A DNA stretch of 64,000 bases from Eledone cirrhosa. Lineage: Eukaryota. Shown here in pieces: positions 12,738 through 26,808 of the stretch; the first letter of the stretch is position 1, and each line of letters begins with the position of its first letter. The notes below the pieces were generated by a model. It saw only the letters and a list, made by a program, of their open reading frames with translations. It searched no databases and was not told where the DNA came from. The translations under genes and the position numbers were made by a program. The DNA lies in assembly GCA_964016885.1 (NCBI GenBank), contig OZ024743.1:99448001-99512000 (forward strand), given 5' to 3'.

Positions 12738-14317
12738 TTGCAAGCAGGGAAAAGTGGACGTAAAATGATGATATATATGATATACACACACACAAGACTT
12801 GATAATGAGTCAAAACAAAGAGCGACCTACATTGTGACTATATGTATCTAGGATGTCACATGATTAGCAAATCCATCTGTAAACATATTTTCATGTTTTT
12901 GCTGTAGAAAAGCCATTCTTCACAGCACAGTTGCCACACACTCCAAACATTGTTTTTATGTTTTTGTTTATTATATTATATATTTATTTATATATTACTT
13001 GTTTTTAATCACAAGTCTGTTTATTTACATGCAAAACTATAATAAAAACACATTAAGAAATGACAAGCTAATGGAGAGAGGTTTCTAGGGAAGGATGAGA
13101 GGGGGGGGGGGTAAGCAAAAGAAAGAAGAAAGGAAGGGAATGAAAAATAAAGATGAATGGAAGATGAGTAAGGAGAAGGAAAAAACGACAAATATGACTA
13201 CAACATTAAAATATATATAATTAAAGAATAATAAAACCAATGATAGTAGAAGATAAATTGTTTCTATCATTAGCACAAGGTCAAACATTTAGGCAGAAGG
13301 GAATCTGACAGTTGCCCTGCCCATTGTTTGACTGATACTTTATTCCCCTCACCCACCTAATGGAGAGGAGGAAAAGTAAAGTTGAATCCTGCATGACAGA
13401 AGGTAGACTACAAGATGGTCACCTAACATCCATGAGCTTGGTCTCGCTTGAGGATCCAGCCAGATCAATTGTGATAGGACCCTACTGTGTCTGAGGACTC
13501 CCATGATCCTTCTATGAGGAGGATGAGGGGGATGAGGAGAAGACTTCCACATGATTTTAACTCAGAACATATACAGCTGGAACATCATCATCATCGTTTA
13601 ATGTCCATCTTCCACGCTAGCATGGGTTAGATGGGAATTGTCCCATTTGGGGTAAGATTGGTCGGATGACCATGTCTCACTCATATAGGACTATCTGGCA
13701 GGTTTCTACGGTTGGATGCCCTTCCATACACCACAAAACATTTCATCTGATGCTTTATCAATTCTGTCAACAACCCTTAATTTCTTTCCTCTCCACCAGT
13801 TTTCCAATTTAAAATAAATTCTCATCTGTCTTCCTTTATTTTCTTTATTCTCTTTTTTTCTATTTTCCAATGAAGGACTGACATCCAAAACATTAAGACA
13901 CTTTACCAACTATATCATGTATTACATTAATACATCATCATTATATTGCATTGATCTCCTGTGTTGTAGTTGTTTGTTGACTTTTCTTATATAGATAAAT
14001 AATAAATAAAGGAATAAACAAAGGTTAAATAAGAGTGATTGAGAAGTTGAGAAGAAGAAATCAATGAAATGATTCAGTAAAAAACAACAAAACAAACAAA
14101 TAAAAAGGATGTGTGAGTGTATGTGTATGTCAGTGTGTCTGTGTATGTGCATGTGTGTATGTATGCTCATATGTGTGCATAAGTATGTGTGTGTGTGTGT
14201 ACATATGTGCATGCATTGGAGATGAGAAGGAGAGATTATGGAATGAAATGACAATGAAATAGAGAAGGAGAGGGAATGAGAGTGTGGGAATGAGAGAGTG
14301 TGGAGCCAGTGAATTAT

Positions 14318-14709
14318 ACTCTGCCATAACCCAGTTTAGTGCAGTGTGTCCCTATCATAAGACAACACTCTGCCATAACCCAGTTTAGTGCAGTGTGTCC
14401 CTATCATAAGACAACACTCTGCCATGACCCAGTTTAGTGCAGTGTGTCCCTATCATAAGACAACACTCTGCCATAACCCAGTTTAGTGCAGTGTGTCCCT
14501 ATCATAAGACAACACTCTGCCATAACCCAGTTTAGTTCAGTGTGTCCCTATCATAAGACAACACTCTGCCATGACCCAGTTTAGTGCAGTGTGTCCCTAT
14601 CATAAGACAACACTCTGCCATAACCCAGTTTAGTGCAGTGTGTCCCTATCATAAGACAACACTCTGCCATAACCCAGTTTAGTGCAGTGTGTCCCTATCA
14701 TAAGACAAC
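14318..14709. repeat. 49-bp minisatellite x8
   Basis: Unit ACTCTGCCATAACCCAGTTTAGTGCAGTGTGTCCCTATCATAAGACAAC, nearly identical copies, no spacers. Confidence 0.95.
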
Positions 14710-16244
14710 AAAAGAGGTGGCTATTAGGAAGAGCATCAGACAGGCCTAAACTAGGTGGTTCTATGAAACAAAACCTTCTATTTTAAAGGGTTCCTATTTA
14801 AAATAATTATATAAGAACCATATGTTTAGTGTGTGTGTGTTAACAATGAAATAAACATTTTAGGAAATCCTTCAAAGTTCTTCATTAATTAGTTAGAGTG
14901 CATTTCATTAGAAATCTGGTCACAAAAGGGTTAATCACTTGTTTGTTGAATATATTATCAATGTACTTGAGAGTGGAAAGAACTTCAGTTCAAAGCTTTA
15001 ATGTATCAGACACAGATAAACAATTCTGAGCATAATATAAACACATCATAGGCTATAGATCTGTATGCATCATCATCATCATCATCGCTGTTTAATGTTC
15101 ATTTTCGATGCTAACATTGGTCAGACAAGTTGTTCTGTTGTGAGATAGGCCAAGTCAGGTGACCATTTCTTGCTCTTACAGAACTGATTCTGGCTTTATT
15201 TCTACAGCTGGATGCCCTTCCTAACACCAACCACATTTACAGTGAGTACTGGGTGCTTTTTGTCGTGACACCTACACAACCACTTTACAGTGTGGGCTGG
15301 GGGCTTTGATTGGAAGGGTGTGTAGAGATTAGGGAGGTGGATATATGGGCGTGTGTGAGGAGTGGAATATTAGGATGTGGGAGATGTATGGAAGGGGGTT
15401 GGGGATGAAGGTGTTGCAGCCTGTACTCATGGGAGGGGCAAGGAGGTGAATATTATATGTGCACTTCAGCTTATGCTCATTGAAAGGTGGCTCTTCTGTA
15501 TTACTGCATAATGCCAGAAAGCATATATAAGTCTTACTGTGAATGTTTTAAGCTGTGATCATGTCACAGCTGCCTCAGCAGCTGTGTAAGAATGTCAAAT
15601 ACTAGTATTTCAGGATGTTTATCCATCTTCAGTGACATTTACTCACTCTGTACTCATAGATTATACAGATTTTGCATATAATATGTTTATTGAAATTCCC
15701 ATTTGCATATATCAGGGGATAAGCTAGTATTAATTAGCAATAGCAATAACACAGCATGACCTTTCAACAATGGTTGTTTCATAAATAATACAATCAACCC
15801 ATACAGATGTTTTAATATTTGCCTCATGTTTTCATTTGTGCAAAAGGTTCTTGAGAATGATAACAACCATAAGGAATCTTCTACTACATAATATTCTTTT
15901 TATTCCTTGTTCAAACCACTAGACTGCAGCCTTGCTGACACACCATTTTGCAGGGATTTAATCAATCATATCAATCCCAGTAATTATTTTTTTCAAGTCT
16001 GGTACTTATACAGAACATAAACAAGTACAGATGCACATTCATATATAAACATATATCTATGTCTCTTTCTCTCACTATCTATATATATCTTTTGAAAAAT
16101 TCAGATAACTTAGAGTAAAGTTAATGGCTACAATGCATGTTTTTCTTTTTACTATGAAAAATAGTCTAAGTAGGGCATATAAGCCCCTGGAAATGGTTGC
16201 TTACATTCATACAAACATATATACATACATGTATATATATATAC

Positions 16245-19200
16245 ATCATCATCATCATCATTCGTCGACTACTGTCGAGATGATGGATCTCACCCTCATG
16301 CCCTAGAATTCCCTGTCCCCCATCGCTGCCCCCAGGTCCTGTCTACTGATTCCCGTATCCCTAGAGATAACGTCAGGGAATGACAGCTTCCTACTCCTAG
16401 TCAGGCTGGAGTCAGGGTTCCAGAGCAAGAGAGCGGATATGATTTCATTGCTGGCACGGTGACAGTGGCCAGCAAATTGAGCTCTCCGGGATTTTAGAAG
16501 GGCAGAGGCTCGAGGGAGTTTGCCATAGATTTTAGACAAGGTGGGTTGTCGTTTCCAGGATAGGTTTTGCACTCTCATTAAGAGGCAGGTATATGTGCCA
16601 TCCAATCTCCTCTTAAGTTGTGATGTTAGTGTCCAAGTTTCGGATCCATAAAGTAATATGGGCTTAATGGTGGCTTGGAATATTTCCAGTTTTAGCTTGT
16701 TGGTAAGTTGAGATGTCCATATGGCGTGCATGTCATTGCACGCTGACCATGCCATACCCTTCCTGGTTAGAAAATCTTTTTTGGAGGAGGAGATATATGA
16801 GCCAAGATACTTGTAATCTTCCACCTGCTTAAGAGTGGTACCATTAAGGGTTCTGATGGGGTAGTTTGGGCTGTTTACGCATCTGTTCACATACTCAGTC
16901 CTGGATTCGTTGAGGTACAGTCCAACACAGTTGGACGCTTGCTCTAATGACTTCAAAAGACTCTCAGCATTTTCCAGTGACGACTGATCAATGCGATGTC
17001 GTCAGCAAAGTCGGTGTCGGTCAAGTATTTTGTTGGGTAGCATGAGCTTCTCCTAGGCTGTAGTTGGTATCCCCTATCCTGAATCCTATCCACAGACATG
17101 CGCAAAACATAATCCACAACAATGATAAATAGATATGGAGCAAGAGTATTGCCCTGTAAAATTCCAGCAAGGATTGAGAAAGGTGGTGTTTCCTCATCTG
17201 GGGTCAGGACAGTTGATTTGGTATCTGTATACATTACACGTATGGCCGCGATGATTTTATCAGGAATCCCATAGAGTTGTAGAATTTCAAACATCCCCGA
17301 CCTGTCAACTGAGTCGAAGGCTTTTGAAAAATCAACAAAGATGAGTGCAAGGTCTAGATTGCGGTTTTGGGACTCCTCTATAAGTCGGCGAAGGCAGAGA
17401 ATCTGGCTAAGTGTTGATCTACCTCTCCTAAATCCATTCTGGTTGTTACGAAGGATTGGCTCAAGAAATGGGATTAAGCGGTTAAGAAGAAGCTTGTTGT
17501 ATATTTTGCAGCAATTGCCATGAGAGAAATTCCTCTATAGTTGGTGGCTAAAGAAAGATCTCCTTTTTTGGGCATGGGGATAATTTGAGCTGCATGCCAG
17601 ACGCTAGGTGGTTTATTGGTCTCGAAAGTATGGTTACATAAGTTGAGCAAAAGGATGTGGAAATGCTCATCCTTCCAAATCAGGGTAGGTATATTATCCG
17701 GCCCAAAGGCTTTTGAGGCTTTGAGCTGTTTGATGGCTTCTTTGAGCTCAGGCATGGTGAAAGGAGGTGTTGATTCCTAAAGGCTCTGAAACCTGAACGG
17801 ATGGCAGTTGATAGTTATCAGGGAGTCTGGCCTTTTTCCCTAGAAGGTTTTTAAAATGAGCAGACCAATTTTCAAGACGTTTTTTGGCAGAGCCTCCTTT
17901 GATTCTAACTGCAGAGTTTGAGTTTTTGCCTGAAAGATCTTTGACAACCTTCCAAGCAAGATGATGGTGTTTGCTGATGTGATGTTGCGATAGCTGATCA
18001 ATCCTACCTGAGATATAGTCGGCTTCAGCATTAAGATAAGCGTCGTCTAGTGATTTTTTGGCCATGATAAGGTGTATCTTTTCCCCTTGAGATGGTGATT
18101 GATGGTGAGATTGGGATATTGACCTAAGATGGGCCCTTGCATCAACTACCTTCTCTGAGGCACTAGGTTTCATTTGGCTTCGGCTTTTCTTTTTAGGTAG
18201 GGTGGCAAGTGCAACTTCCTCTGTTGATTGCTTAAGACAGTCATACACATCTTCAATATTATCGGCATTGATGTCAGAAGTTGAGAGAGATTGAAATCTG
18301 TTATAGACTTGAAGCGTGAAGCTATTGGATAGTTGTTTGTTGGAAGAAACGGCTTTCCGGTCTATTCTTTTCATGGGATGAGGTTCGGCCCTCTTGGATA
18401 TCCTGAGATTAAGTTTGATTGTTGCCGAGATGACTGGATGATCTGAGCCGACAGAGCTAAAGGAGGAATAAGATCTAGAATCTTTGATTGAGTTTCTCCA
18501 TTTCTTGCGAAATATCAAATAGCCAATCTGAGCTCGTTTTTGGTTTGTGTATTCGAAGGTCCAAAGCTGGCCTCTGGTCTTCATGAAGCTGTTGTTTGAG
18601 CTGAATAGACTGAATTCTTCCATGAAGTCCTTGAGATATTCCCCGTTGCAGTTAGTAACCCTATTGTATGTGAACTTTACTTCATCCGGGCCAAGTTGAA
18701 CGTTGAGGTCTCCAGCGATGATAAGAAAGTTGTGTAAGGGTACTTGCTCAACAACTGTGCGAAGGGTCGTGTAGAATTCTCTTACCTCATTCTCAGGAGA
18801 GGCGTTATGAGGACTGTATACACATATCGCAGTGGTTCTAGGATTGCCCTCTAGTGTAAGCACCAAGATTCTGGGAGAGATTGTTTCAATCCCCAGAAGA
18901 TTATTGCTGGCTTTAGATGAGAGAAGGCAGCCGACTCCTCCGACGGAGGCATTGACAGGGTTCTTGGTGGCTGAAGAGGTGACAAGTTGGTAGGATCCTA
19001 GGGTGTGATACTTGAGATCATCCTTTGGGTGGAAAAAGAGGTGTTCTTGGACCGCAAGGATGTCAATGTTCTGAAGTTTGGCATTCTCTGCCAGCTCCTG
19101 GAGTCTACCTGTTGGAAGAAGGGTTCTGGTGTTCAAGGAGCTAACTATTATTTGCTTTTTACAGCTAGCCAAGCGAGATTTGCTTGTTGTTTGGTTAGGA

Positions 19201-19912
19201 CCTGTTTCTTCTCCATCAGATGAACCCCGTCCCTTGAGATTTGAGGATTCATCATCATTCGATGCCTTTGTAGGTGCATTATGATCAGAAACAGGACCCG
19301 GGAAAACAGGGGCTGGACCTTATCAACAGGTATACCATATAGTGTGGTTCCCTGAGGAACAGGAACCCTGGTGCAGTCAGTTGCGAAATCCATCATCTTT
19401 TCAAATAGCTAATAATGTGTGTGGGCCCACTACTACACACATGTGAAAGAATTTGACAGCCAAGTCTTGAAGAAGGTGCTTTCTCCTCCGTGTGGTGGGT
19501 TACCCGGCACCAGATACCAACCTGGCATTTATACCCTCACCCTAATTGTTCGTGTTGCAAGCACTAGAGTAGTCGCTAACCACAGCTACAGACCCACTCT
19601 ATCTGTCTGGAGATACGTTGTACTAGCTTACCAGCATACTAGTAGCAGGAAGTTGACTTTTCCGGCACTGCAGCGCCTTTCGGCGGGCCGTGCTGGTTTT
19701 GGATGGCTATTGACTCCAAGAGCTCTTAAGAGCTACCAGGAGTTCCTTTGCCCTTTGATAGGTTTTGTTTTTAGTCCTGCAGGATGTCCAAAGTCACCCT
19801 CCTCACCAAGAAATCTTGGTGGGGTTGCCAGTTTAGTCGCCAATGACCCGACCATGAGACAGGTTGTACTGGGATACATGTTACCAGTAGCACTAACTGG
19901 TGACCTGACTAT
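16245..19912 (-). mobile_element. Near full-length RTE-clade LINE (AP endonuclease + RT), frameshifted
   Basis: EN motifs (NTRTL, DILAVQE, GDLN, SDH) in 17748-19172; NYRGISL in 17474-17755; ILQG...PYLF and DFADD in 16953-17294; YKYLGS and LLYGSETW in 16303-16956; (GAT)n tail at 16245-16262; long 5' leader. Confidence 0.93.
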
Positions 19913-20590
19913 ACATATATAATCATCATCATCATCATTTTACATCCATTGTTCCATGCTTGCATGAATTGGACGGGACCTTCTCAGTACAACTTTTTAC
20001 ATCCTTTGTCATCTACCCCATGGTCTTTAGCAATATGAGATCCACTCTAACCACTCCCATTTAGGTCTTCCCCTATTGTGGCTTCCTTCCACCGAGATAT
20101 GATATGATATATTTATTATTTATATATTAAGTCAGATCAGTCTTGTAACTCTATTATGTTGTCTGTCTATTCAGAATCATCTTGTCTGATGGCCATCTGA
20201 ATACTCAAGCAAAACTTCAGAATATCGGAGCCTTTACTTGGCCTTAGTAAAGAGAATATTAATCTCTACTGTGGTACTGGGTGCTTGTTCTCATGACCAA
20301 CAGACCACACAAAAGGTAATTTCCAACACTCTCTTAGGTTCCCTTTAGACCCCTTGACAATAGATGGCACATCCAAAATATAGGGACTAATAAATATTTC
20401 CAAGGTAACATTATCTCTGATTTCTTCCTCTTTTCCACTCAACCTCACCTCTCTGTTTCTTCAACCAATGTTGTTGCTTTGATATTTACAAACCCACATG
20501 CATTGGAGCAGCTTCCAAAACAAACTATATTTTAGCTTATCGATCCATTGAGTGCTTTGTGATTGCCTCAAACAAGTTGACTAGTATCTT

Positions 20591-20669
<79 letters not shown>

Positions 20670-20689
20670 ATCATCATTATTTTACGTCC

Positions 20690-20880
20690 AGGGCGGTGGA
20701 TTGGCAGTATCGGTAGAGGGTCGGACACCATGCTTTCCAGCATAGTTACGTCCCTTTACGATCTGAGTTCAAATCCCGCCGAGGTTGACTTTGCCTTTCA
20801 ACCTCACGGGGTCGATAAAATAAAGTACCAGTAATGCACTGGGTAATTGCTGGCCTTGTGCCTAAAGTAGAAACAATTAT
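20690..20880 (+). mobile_element. tRNA-derived SINE, family B
   Basis: A-box-like TGGCAGTATCGG, B-box GAGTTCAAATCC, body GTTGACTTTGCCTTTCA...GGGGTCGATAAAATAAAGTACCAG; many copies in the window. Confidence 0.85.
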
Positions 20881-22317
20881 TTTACGCCCACTTTTCCCTG
20901 CTTGCAGGAGTGGGACGGGAACTGATTCTGGCTTGATTTCCATAAAGTTTCCAACTAACAAATTACACTCACAAGGCATCAGTCATTGGTCAATCCAAGG
21001 CTATAGTAGAAGTCCTTTGCACAAGGTGCCACATAATGAAACTGAACCTGAAATCACATGGTTGACAAGCATCTTCCTTAACCACACAACCATGCCTGAA
21101 ACTATGATAACAATAATGTAATAACAATTGTTATATAATAATTCAATGAAATATTTTTAAAAGTTTGTAATGCTACATTCTGAATCAATTTACAAACCAG
21201 CTGCCTCTTGTTCAGAACTCGGTTTTGCCTTATTTCTTACAGCCTCCATTTGTTTGTTTGATTAAAAAGAAATCTGAATGATTTTCTGATAGACATTTCA
21301 AAATATATTTATAGAATATGCAAAAAAAGAAAGAAAGAAATTCAATGACAAAATAATTTTGAAATTCCATTTAAATAGGGAACAATGTGAAATTATTTGT
21401 CCTCAAAAGATTTTTCTCACTTTCTCTAGTGTGATTGATTATTTCTCACTAAATGGCTGTTAATCAAATGTTTTCTAGCTAAATAAAAATAAAAAAATGA
21501 AACAAAAAAAATAATAAAAATTAGAAAGTTTCTTCATTCTGAAAAAAATATTATCTTTATACATGAGAAAAGATAACATAATTTCCCATAATAATCCTAA
21601 AAGAAAAGAAAATTCTTCCAGTAATGAATCAATGAGTAGTTTTATTACACAATTTGACAATAGAAACATTTATTTTACATTATATCTGTTGCAAACAACT
21701 CAACTGGAGAAAAACAGGAAGAATTAACTAATAAACAAGCTTAGAACTTACAATCACCTGGTGGTAGCAAATATTGGTGAATAGAAAATACACCAAAATA
21801 AATATAAAAGTTTTTACCAGATGCCTTCCGGCATTAACATATTATTTGTGTTTAATCATTATCTGTGCTGTTTTGCTTGTAGTGGAATACTCTAAAGAAG
21901 AAATTAACAACTAACTTGTTAATTTGGATAATTAACAAAGAATGAATGTAACAAAAATGTTAAGTTTTGTCATTATAACATAGAAGTCATAGATAGCTCT
22001 ATCACCAACTTTCATTACATTTGTATATGTCTAAGGTGTTTAATACATATATAGGTGCAAGCAGAGCTGTGTGATTCTGAAGTTTCCTTAGCAACTATGT
22101 TATGTTATGTTCACTCCTACAATGTTGCACTTTGAGAAAACCTTTTCTAATATAGCCTGAGATTGGACAGCATCACATGTGGGACACGAATTCACACCTG
22201 CCATCACACAGCTGATGCTGTACAATTTTTTTCCATCTCTAGTGGTTTATATGACCAACTTGTTTGATTACTTTTCATAGTCAAAAACCTGATATTGAAG
22301 CAGTTAACTTTAAGCTA

Positions 22318-22900
22318 ACATACATACATGATGGCTGCCCCCTCGTTATCGAGTATAGCCATTGCACGAGAAAAACAAAACCCATAATAATAACAATAAT
22401 AATAATAATAACAATAACAATAATAATAACAACAATAATAATGACAACAGCAACAACAACAATAATATACATATATATATAGACGCACGCACATAAACAT
22501 ATCTACACACACAATAGCAATTAACAGCGCTGCGATCGAATGTGGCTTTTTAGCCCAGCCAATGATCTCAAATGTCTTGCACAGAGTCGGCAACCAAAAC
22601 ATTCACTGGGAATAGCCGGCTTTGGTTGCATGTTGTTTGAGCCCTCCTGCTGATTTACATTCTCTACCACATGTTTGGCAAGCATGATGAGTAGCATCTC
22701 CAACAGCAGCCTGGTAGTCTACCACTGGTCTTACTTTATGACTGCAAAGATGACTTTTGAGTCCAGCTTTACTGAGGCAAAGTCTCGCACAGACGCTGCA
22801 TGTCAGCACCATAGGAGGACCCTCGCCGTCTGGAAGTGCAACAGCAATGCCCTTCCTCACATCCCACTTTACTTTCTCATATGCGATTCAAGATGCCTCA
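22318..22900 (-). mobile_element. RTE-type LINE 3' fragment with three C2H2 zinc fingers
   Basis: [58 protein letters not shown]; (ATGT)n tail. Confidence 0.75.
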
Positions 22901-22904
22901 TACA

Positions 22905-23400
22905 TACATACATACATGGTGGCTGCCAACTCGTTTTCGAGTACGGCCACTACTTTATATCCACTGCAAAGTGGTCGTGGAGGTGCCACGGCAAAAAAGC
23001 ACCCAGCACTCACTGTAAATGAAGATGGTGTTAGGAAGGGCATCCATCTGTAGAAATCAAGCCAGAATCAGTTCCCGTCCCACCCTTGCAAGCAGGGAAA
23101 AAGCGGACGTAAAATGAAATGATGAAATGATGATGAGAACTCCTACCGATGCGCTGAACGAGTGTGACCTTTTAGTCCAGCCAGCAACTTGAAAACTCTG
23201 GTACAAACACTACACCTGTGACAATTATTGACACAGTGCTGGGCCCATGGTACCATGTGATGACAAGTGCAGAGAGATCTCCAGATATAAAGCAATGCCT
23301 TGCCGTGAAGCTTTTATAGTGAGCAAAGGCACTGCACAAAGCCAGTCCCACTCTCTTAACCAAGATGATATTTACCAAAAGGAAGAACAAGTCAACATCA
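22905..23400 (-). mobile_element. RTE-ZF LINE 3' fragment, split by a plus-strand SINE/RTE tail (about 22960-23135)
   Basis: Two halves join to the reverse complement of 10502-10705. Confidence 0.75.
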
Positions 23401-23848
23401 TTGGATACCATCAGGGTTGCAGGTGTTATATCAGGTGTTATACATACATAAGAACCAGAAAGAACACAACTAGTTAGGAAATTACAAGTACAATCCATTA
23501 ATGGAACAGTAAAAATATGTAAAACATTCCAAAAATTTTGCATCTAATAACTGCATATACACATGTACAGATACAAAGCATATACACATGCACACATACA
23601 ACTCAAAACATCCACATCCACACATACAATAACATCCATATCTACACATGCAGACATACATATCTACCTAGTTGATGTTGTGTAAATTCCAATGAGAGAG
23701 TCTTGTGTCTATGTTAGAAACCGACTCTCTCTCTATTGGGAAAAAATTTGTGAAACTATAAAACCAGAACATACATACATACATACATACATACATACAT
23801 ACATACATACATACATACATACATACATACATACATACATACATACAT

Positions 23849-23986
23849 GAGTTCCTCTGCCCTTTGACTGATTGTATTTTTATCCCGCAGGGTGTCCAAA
23901 ATCACCTTCCTCACCAAGCAAGCTTGGTGGGGTTGTGGGTTTAGTCGCTAACAACTCGACCATACACAGGTTGTACTGGGTTACAT
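23849..23986 (-). mobile_element. Isolated homolog of the 5' leader of the 16245-19912 LINE, within (TACA)n
   Basis: Aligns by eye to 19740-19879. Confidence 0.75.
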
Positions 23987-24769
23987 ACATACGTGATGAG
24001 CTTCTGCACAGTCTCCAACTACCAAATTTTGCTCACAAGTAAAATAGCTAGAAATTTGAAATATCAAAAGATAACTGAGGTTGTAGACAGGAGCTTATGT
24101 TTTATTTTATCCCCAATTAGATTCTCGACTGTAAGCAGACGATGTGATGCAGAGTAATAAATAAAAGACATTCACACAGATATCATTTATACAATGAACA
24201 GTCATTATGAGTAGGAGAGAAACTATCAATGACCTACACAGTGTCATTGTTGCCAATACAATCCACTACCAATTTTAGCACATTCTACTTTTTATATGAT
24301 AACAGTTTTATAGTTTGACAATGTATCAGACAAAAGATAAGCAGATGAAAATTATGTTTTTATTTTTCTGTGAAAAGCACACTAACATCAAAAAGCAATA
24401 GGAACTTTTATTACAAAATTGATAAGAGTAAATTATAAAGGTGAGCTGAGTTTTGGCAAAACATTAGGTATAAAATATATAAGCAACTTCCAGAATGAGA
24501 TAATTTTATGAAATTACAAACAATCACTTTCTTTTTCTAGTTTTATAACCTGAATCAATGTAGAATTAAGGATATCAATAACTAATAAAACAAAAGGCAC
24601 AATAATATAATTATTAGATATGTCATTAAATCATTGCTGAAAAATAATGTATGATGTATAAATAACATTATAGAAGAGGATTCTTTTACTCTTTTATTGT
24701 TCTACTTGTTTTAGTCATTAGACTGTGGCCATGTTGGAATACCATCTTAAAGAAATTTGGTTGATCATA

Positions 24770-25435
24770 TCATCCATAGTCTGCAATGATTATGAAGTCA
24801 CTGTTGATTATTAAGGAAGTAGTGTGCATTATGAATTCATAAAAACTGTCTTTTAGTTTGTCTGATTGAGATGCATATGTAGATATAATTGTTACAGTTG
24901 TTCTATTTAGGACTAATCTAGGTTTCATTATTCTCTCATTCATTCTATTTATAAAAATTACCTTATCTCCCCATTTTTCTGTGTGGAGGTGCATGGACTA
25001 GTGGTAAGGGTGTTGAACTTATGATCATAATGTTGTGGGTTTCATTCCTGAACTGGGTTGTGTGTTCTTGAGAAAAACACTTTATTTATTTCACATTACT
25101 CTAGTATACTCATCTGAAAAGACTTGTACTCTCAGTTGCTTCACACCACAGAAACTAGGATAAGTACTGGCTTGATGAGCCTTTGGGCTGGGATGGGCTT
25201 AAGTTAATCCATTTTTTCTGCTAACATAATACCTACTTCAACCAGTCTGTTGTCATTGCCACCCAGAAAAAATTTAGGCATCATTTTCTGCTCACAATGA
25301 ATCTAGATGACATTCCTCTCCATATAGTCTTTTGTACACAACACACATCAATTTTCTTTCATTCTAGCATCTCTACAATCTCTCCTATCTTCCTTTCATT
25401 GTACCTACATTGATGGAGCCAATGAGAAAGAGAAG
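24770..25435 (-). mobile_element. Degenerate RTE/BovB endonuclease remnant interrupted by a CORE-like SINE (about 24985-25200, +)
   Basis: IGSINVGTMKGR and ERIMKPRLVL...IISTYASQ; SINE head GGAGGTGCATGGACTAGTGGTAAG. Confidence 0.65.
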
Positions 25436-26427
25436 ATGAACACTTGGGGAGGGGCGTGAGAGATGGTTTGGTTTTGGTTTTTCATGTTTGAAATAAAGAA
25501 GAAATTTTGCGTGGTCATTAAGGAAAATGAGAGATGAACTACAGGCACCAATTGTAATAGGAGTAGCTAAAGATGTGGCCAGAGTTTTATTTTTAAATAA
25601 ATAAATGGAATGAAGACAGGATAAGAAATATGAAAGAGTGGGAGAAGAGCTGTACATGGTACAGAATGAAGAGAAATGAAAACATTAAGAAAAGTTATAT
25701 AACTTGATATGTTATGTCTTAATGAATCATAAATAGTTGGAAATAAAGCAAGAGTTTCAATTTTTCAAGTACAACAGGTGAATGAGAATAGGTTATATTT
25801 TGACTTGATTGGGCTTATAAACATATATGAAGGAAGAGGAGGTACGAGAGCAAGGGTGAGAGAGTCATAAAGGTTTTTTTTTTTTCTTTTTCTCTAGAAT
25901 TTCTAACTGCTGGAAGTTTGGGGTTGTGTTTTTGAGAGGAAAGTTACTGAAGTTGTGTTTCAGCAGTTTCTGTCTATCATAAGGCATTGGTAGACCTAGA
26001 GCTAAAGTCAAAGACACTAGCCCAATGAACCATGCAATGGGAGTGGACATGAAACCATGAGGCTGTGAGCCAAATTCCTTAATTACGCTCTCATGCCTGC
26101 AACTACGGGAAGCTGAATTTCGAAAATAAATAATTTCTTCCCACAAATCATTCATTTTCAAACTCTAACACAAATCTAAAGCTAAAACCAGAGTTCAAAA
26201 TGCAATGAGTAGATCTGATTTACTAATAAATCAGGTGAAGCTAAGGAAAATATTGAATTAATAAAGTGTCAAATAAAGGTGATCAAATAGAAATTAATTG
26301 ATTATCATTTGATATTTAATTTGACTGTTTCAATTGTGAATACTTGGTTCCTTTTAATTGGAAAGAATTAGCTGTAGAGACAGTGACCACTGATTGAAAA
26401 TCTATCTTTTATAATGGTTAAATTAAT

Positions 26428-26646
26428 AATTGTTTCTACTTTAGGCACAAGGCCAGCAATTTGAAGATGGGGGTTCGATTAAATCGACCCCAGTACATTA
26501 CTGGTACTTTATTTTATCAACCCTGTAAGGATGGAAGGAAAGCTAACCTCAGTGAGATTTGAAATCAGAATATAAAGGGTCATAACTCTCTATGCTGCAA
26601 AGCATGGTGTCTGACGCTCTATCGATACTGCCAACCCATCGCCCTT
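26428..26646 (-). mobile_element. tRNA-derived SINE, family B
   Basis: Reverse complement of the 20690 family. Confidence 0.8.
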
Positions 26647-26808
26647 ATGGTTAAATTAATAATGCAACAGATAACCAGATAAGAGGTCAAACATATCTGA
26701 AGTTTAATAAAGCAACAGACAACTGGCTAAAAGGTCAGAATTTCTATCTCACCATTATCACTGCATGATGTTCATGGCCAAGATAGTTAATTCTATAATG
26801 ACTCAGTT

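Noticed and set aside
14318-14709. CRISPR-like appearance of the 49-, 60- and 48-bp arrays
   Set aside because: Head-to-tail units with no unique spacers, no cas genes, eukaryotic context
19419-19922. 167-aa plus-strand ORF (also 51758-52873)
   Set aside because: Antisense shadows of LINE sequence with no recognisable domain
23694-23750. CCAATGA...GAAACC hammerhead-like string
   Set aside because: Core mutated and helices not convincing
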